46,794 nt of DNA from a virus (lineage: Duplodnaviria; Caudoviricetes). Positions 44,913 through 46,794 of the stretch are shown here, one piece after another. Both the position numbers and the translations under genes were made by a program. Each line of letters begins with the position of its first letter. The stretch's first letter is position 1. The stretch spans positions 1-46,794 of IMG/VR virus record IMGVR_UViG_3300032290_001318. One strand, given 5' to 3'. The notes under the pieces were generated by a model. That model had not been told where the DNA came from. It was given only the letters and a program-made list of their open reading frames with translations, and did not search any database.

Positions 44913-46794
44913 ATGTTCTCGTCTGAAGAGGAAATTAGAGCCGAACTTCTTCGGCTTCAGAAAGCAGACCCTTCTGCCATAGAGAAGCTTGAGCAGCAAC
45001 TCGATGAGTACCGAGTAGCACTTTCTAGGGAGGACCCCAACTATTTTGTGCAATACGTACTAAGGGACGAAGAAACTCAGGAGCCTATTAAGCAAGCGCC
45101 TTATCACGTAAGGCTCCAAGAAGCCTGCACGGCATCGAAGGCGGCCTCGATTCTTGGACACACTGAGCTTGGAAAAGCACTTCCTGTTGATACAGAGATT
45201 CCTACCCCTACAGGTTGGAAGCTACTAAAGGACCTTCACCCAGGCGACCTTGTGTTCGCTATGGATGGTAGCCCTACCAGGATTATATCTGAAACGCCTA
45301 TAACTAAGCAGAAAGTATACAGGATCTTGTTTTCTGACTTCACTTATCAGGTCGCCAGCGGTGACCATCAGTGGCTAGTCTCGACCGGCGATAGCAGTCT
45401 TCACACACTAACAACAGTTCAGATACTTGAGTCAGGTCTTACTTGCAGAGTACCTTTGTGTAAGCCTATCGCGCATAGCCTGAAAGATAACGTTAGGTGG
45501 CCTAATCTTTTAGAGCTGAAAAGGTTTAACTTTTACTCACGCATGTTTTCTTTCTGCACTTCGAGAGACGCTGAAGACGCTGCGGAGCTGGCTAGGTCTC
45601 AAGGTTACTTTGTACTGGTCAGCGGTAATTGCTTGGAAGTAAGAAACGACCTGTTTAAGACGATTATGGCAATCGTCCCAGAGTCTCACGCAGTCGACAT
45701 GAAGTGCATCGGCGTGGAGCACGAGACGCATACGTACATTGCAGGTAGGTCTTACACAGTAACGCATAACTGCGTAACATCACAGACGATTTTCATTCTA
45801 CGTGACGGTAGTCTGGTCAACACCCTACAGCTCAAAGAAATGCTTGAGTCGGGACAAAAGGTAGAGGTCGCTACCTTAAATCAAGTCACCGAAGAGCATG
45901 AATGGGTAGAAGTCGAGAGCGTGCAGTACAACGGAAATGTACCCTGCACACTGGTCGAGGCGAACGACGGCTCCCTTGGTATGTACAGCAGCAACCACCC
46001 GTTCTATGTGAAGGACAAAGAAACGGGGATGATAGGTTGGTGTCGAGCCTCTGACCTCGTGAGGAAAAAGCACAGCGTCGTCACCACCGAGAAAATGCCT
46101 GTGCTTGACGAGTACTCGTCGATGACGGTTGACGAGGCTTTTGCCTTGGGTGTGCTCTTCAGGGGTATAGCTACTCCCCTGCTCTTTTTGCCTCTGGTCC
46201 TGAAAACTGAGCCCCTAATCTGTAAGGTGCAGACGAGGGCCAGCGACGTCTCCTACTCGCATGACATCGTGAACATTGTTCGTGAGCTTGCTGAAGCCAA
46301 GGGATGGTCGGTCAGCTACTACGAGCCTGCGCAGCGAGAGTTCTCCAATACCCGAACGGTCTACGTGGCGATTCGAGGGGCCGAAGCTTGGATGGAGCAG
46401 CACGGATATTGGGTTGAGCGCACCAACAGGACTCAAAGGTTGCACTCCTCAAACACGGCTTTCTTCCACAAAGAGGTTATAACCTCTCGACCTGAGGTGG
46501 CGACAGCGTTCTTGGCAGGGTTCCTTATCATGAAGGAAGGATTCCTGATATCCAATAGCCTGTTGATAGGCCTTCCGACTATACCTGTTCAGCTGTTTCA
46601 CCCCTTCTATTGGCTTTGCCGAATAGCCAACAAGAAGTTCAAGCTAAACCACCGCTGGTTTAGGCGAACAGAGGAGGGTAGCAAAGGAAAGAACAACCGC
46701 TCGTCCATCATGGTCATGACGCACGCAAAGACCGTGGTCGAGTTGTTCAAGACTACATACCTTTTCACGATGAATCCCTCAGCTAAGCGCGTGC
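44913..46794 (+). CDS. terL: terminase large subunit, N-terminal part with two tandem inteins (runs off window)
   Basis: AAGGA SD, ATG 44913, frame open to window end; DPNYFVQYVL..QAPYH..LQ..ILGHTELGK (Walker A) followed by intein sequence. Confidence 0.8.
   Translation, partial: MFSSEEEIRAELLRLQKADPSAIEKLEQQLDEYRVALSREDPNYFVQYVLRDEETQEPIKQAPYHVRLQEACTASKAASILGHTELGKALPVDTEIPTPTGWKLLKDLHPGDLVFAMDGSPTRIISETPITKQKVYRILFSDFTYQVASGDHQWLVSTGDSSLHTLTTVQILESGLTCRVPLCKPIAHSLKDNVRWPNLLELKRFNFYSRMFSFCTSRDAEDAAELARSQGYFVLVSGNCLEVRNDLFKTIMAIVPESHAVDMKCIGVEHETHTYIAGRSYTVTHNCVTSQTIFILRDGSLVNTLQLKEMLESGQKVEVATLNQVTEEHEWVEVESVQYNGNVPCTLVEANDGSLGMYSSNHPFYVKDKETGMIGWCRASDLVRKKHSVVTTEKMPVLDEYSSMTVDEAFALGVLFRGIATPLLFLPLVLKTEPLICKVQTRASDVSYSHDIVNIVRELAEAKGWSVSYYEPAQREFSNTRTVYVAIRGAEAWMEQHGYWVERTNRTQRLHSSNTAFFHKEVITSRPEVATAFLAGFLIMKEGFLISNSLLIGLPTIPVQLFHPFYWLCRIANKKFKLNHRWFRRTEEGSKGKNNRSSIMVMTHAKTVVELFKTTYLFTMNPSAKRV
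45177..45770 (+). mobile_element. class 3 mini-intein (198 aa, Ala1)
   Basis: ALPVDTEIPTPTGW; block B GDHQW; block F MKCIGVE; block G VTHN; the W-C-T signature of class 3 inteins. Confidence 0.88.
45771..46794 (+). mobile_element. second intein (Cys1) with degenerate LAGLIDADG-like domain, truncated by window
   Basis: CVTSQTIFILRDGS; block B SSNHPFY; GWCRASDL; EAFALGVLFRG and TAFLAGFLIMKEG. Confidence 0.8.

Overview
This is a ~47 kb segment of a GC-rich, apparently lytic dsDNA tailed phage genome; no integrase, tRNA, rRNA or CRISPR array was seen. From 1 to 18.3 kb (+) are virion/tail/adhesin genes with an embedded lysis cassette (holin-like, CHAP-type endolysin, spanin-like) and a triplet of paralogous Gly-rich proteins. 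From 18.3 to 31.4 kb (-) is a replication/recombination operon: SF2 helicase, RuvC-like, SbcD, gp32-like SSB, UvsY-like, family A DNA polymerase with an N-terminal UDG-like domain, primase and DnaB-like helicase. From 31.4 to 44.9 kb are SbcC, a Pif1-like helicase, Lar, a DUF3310-MazG-like fusion, HNH and HTH proteins, structured non-coding regions and a lysozyme-like protein. From 44913 to the window end is a terminase large subunit that the ORF track missed because it has no stop codon in the window. Two intein architectures stand out. (1) The polymerase intein (23890-25248) has no recognisable in-frame endonuclease; instead an HTH + DUF559/Vsr-like endonuclease is encoded in the +1 frame exactly between the splicing domains, with both frames open for ~1 kb. 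(2) The terminase carries two inteins back-to-back in its Walker A motif: a class 3 Ala-starting mini-intein whose +1 Cys is also Cys1 of a second, LAGLIDADG-like intein. All family assignments are from motif recognition by eye, not database searches.
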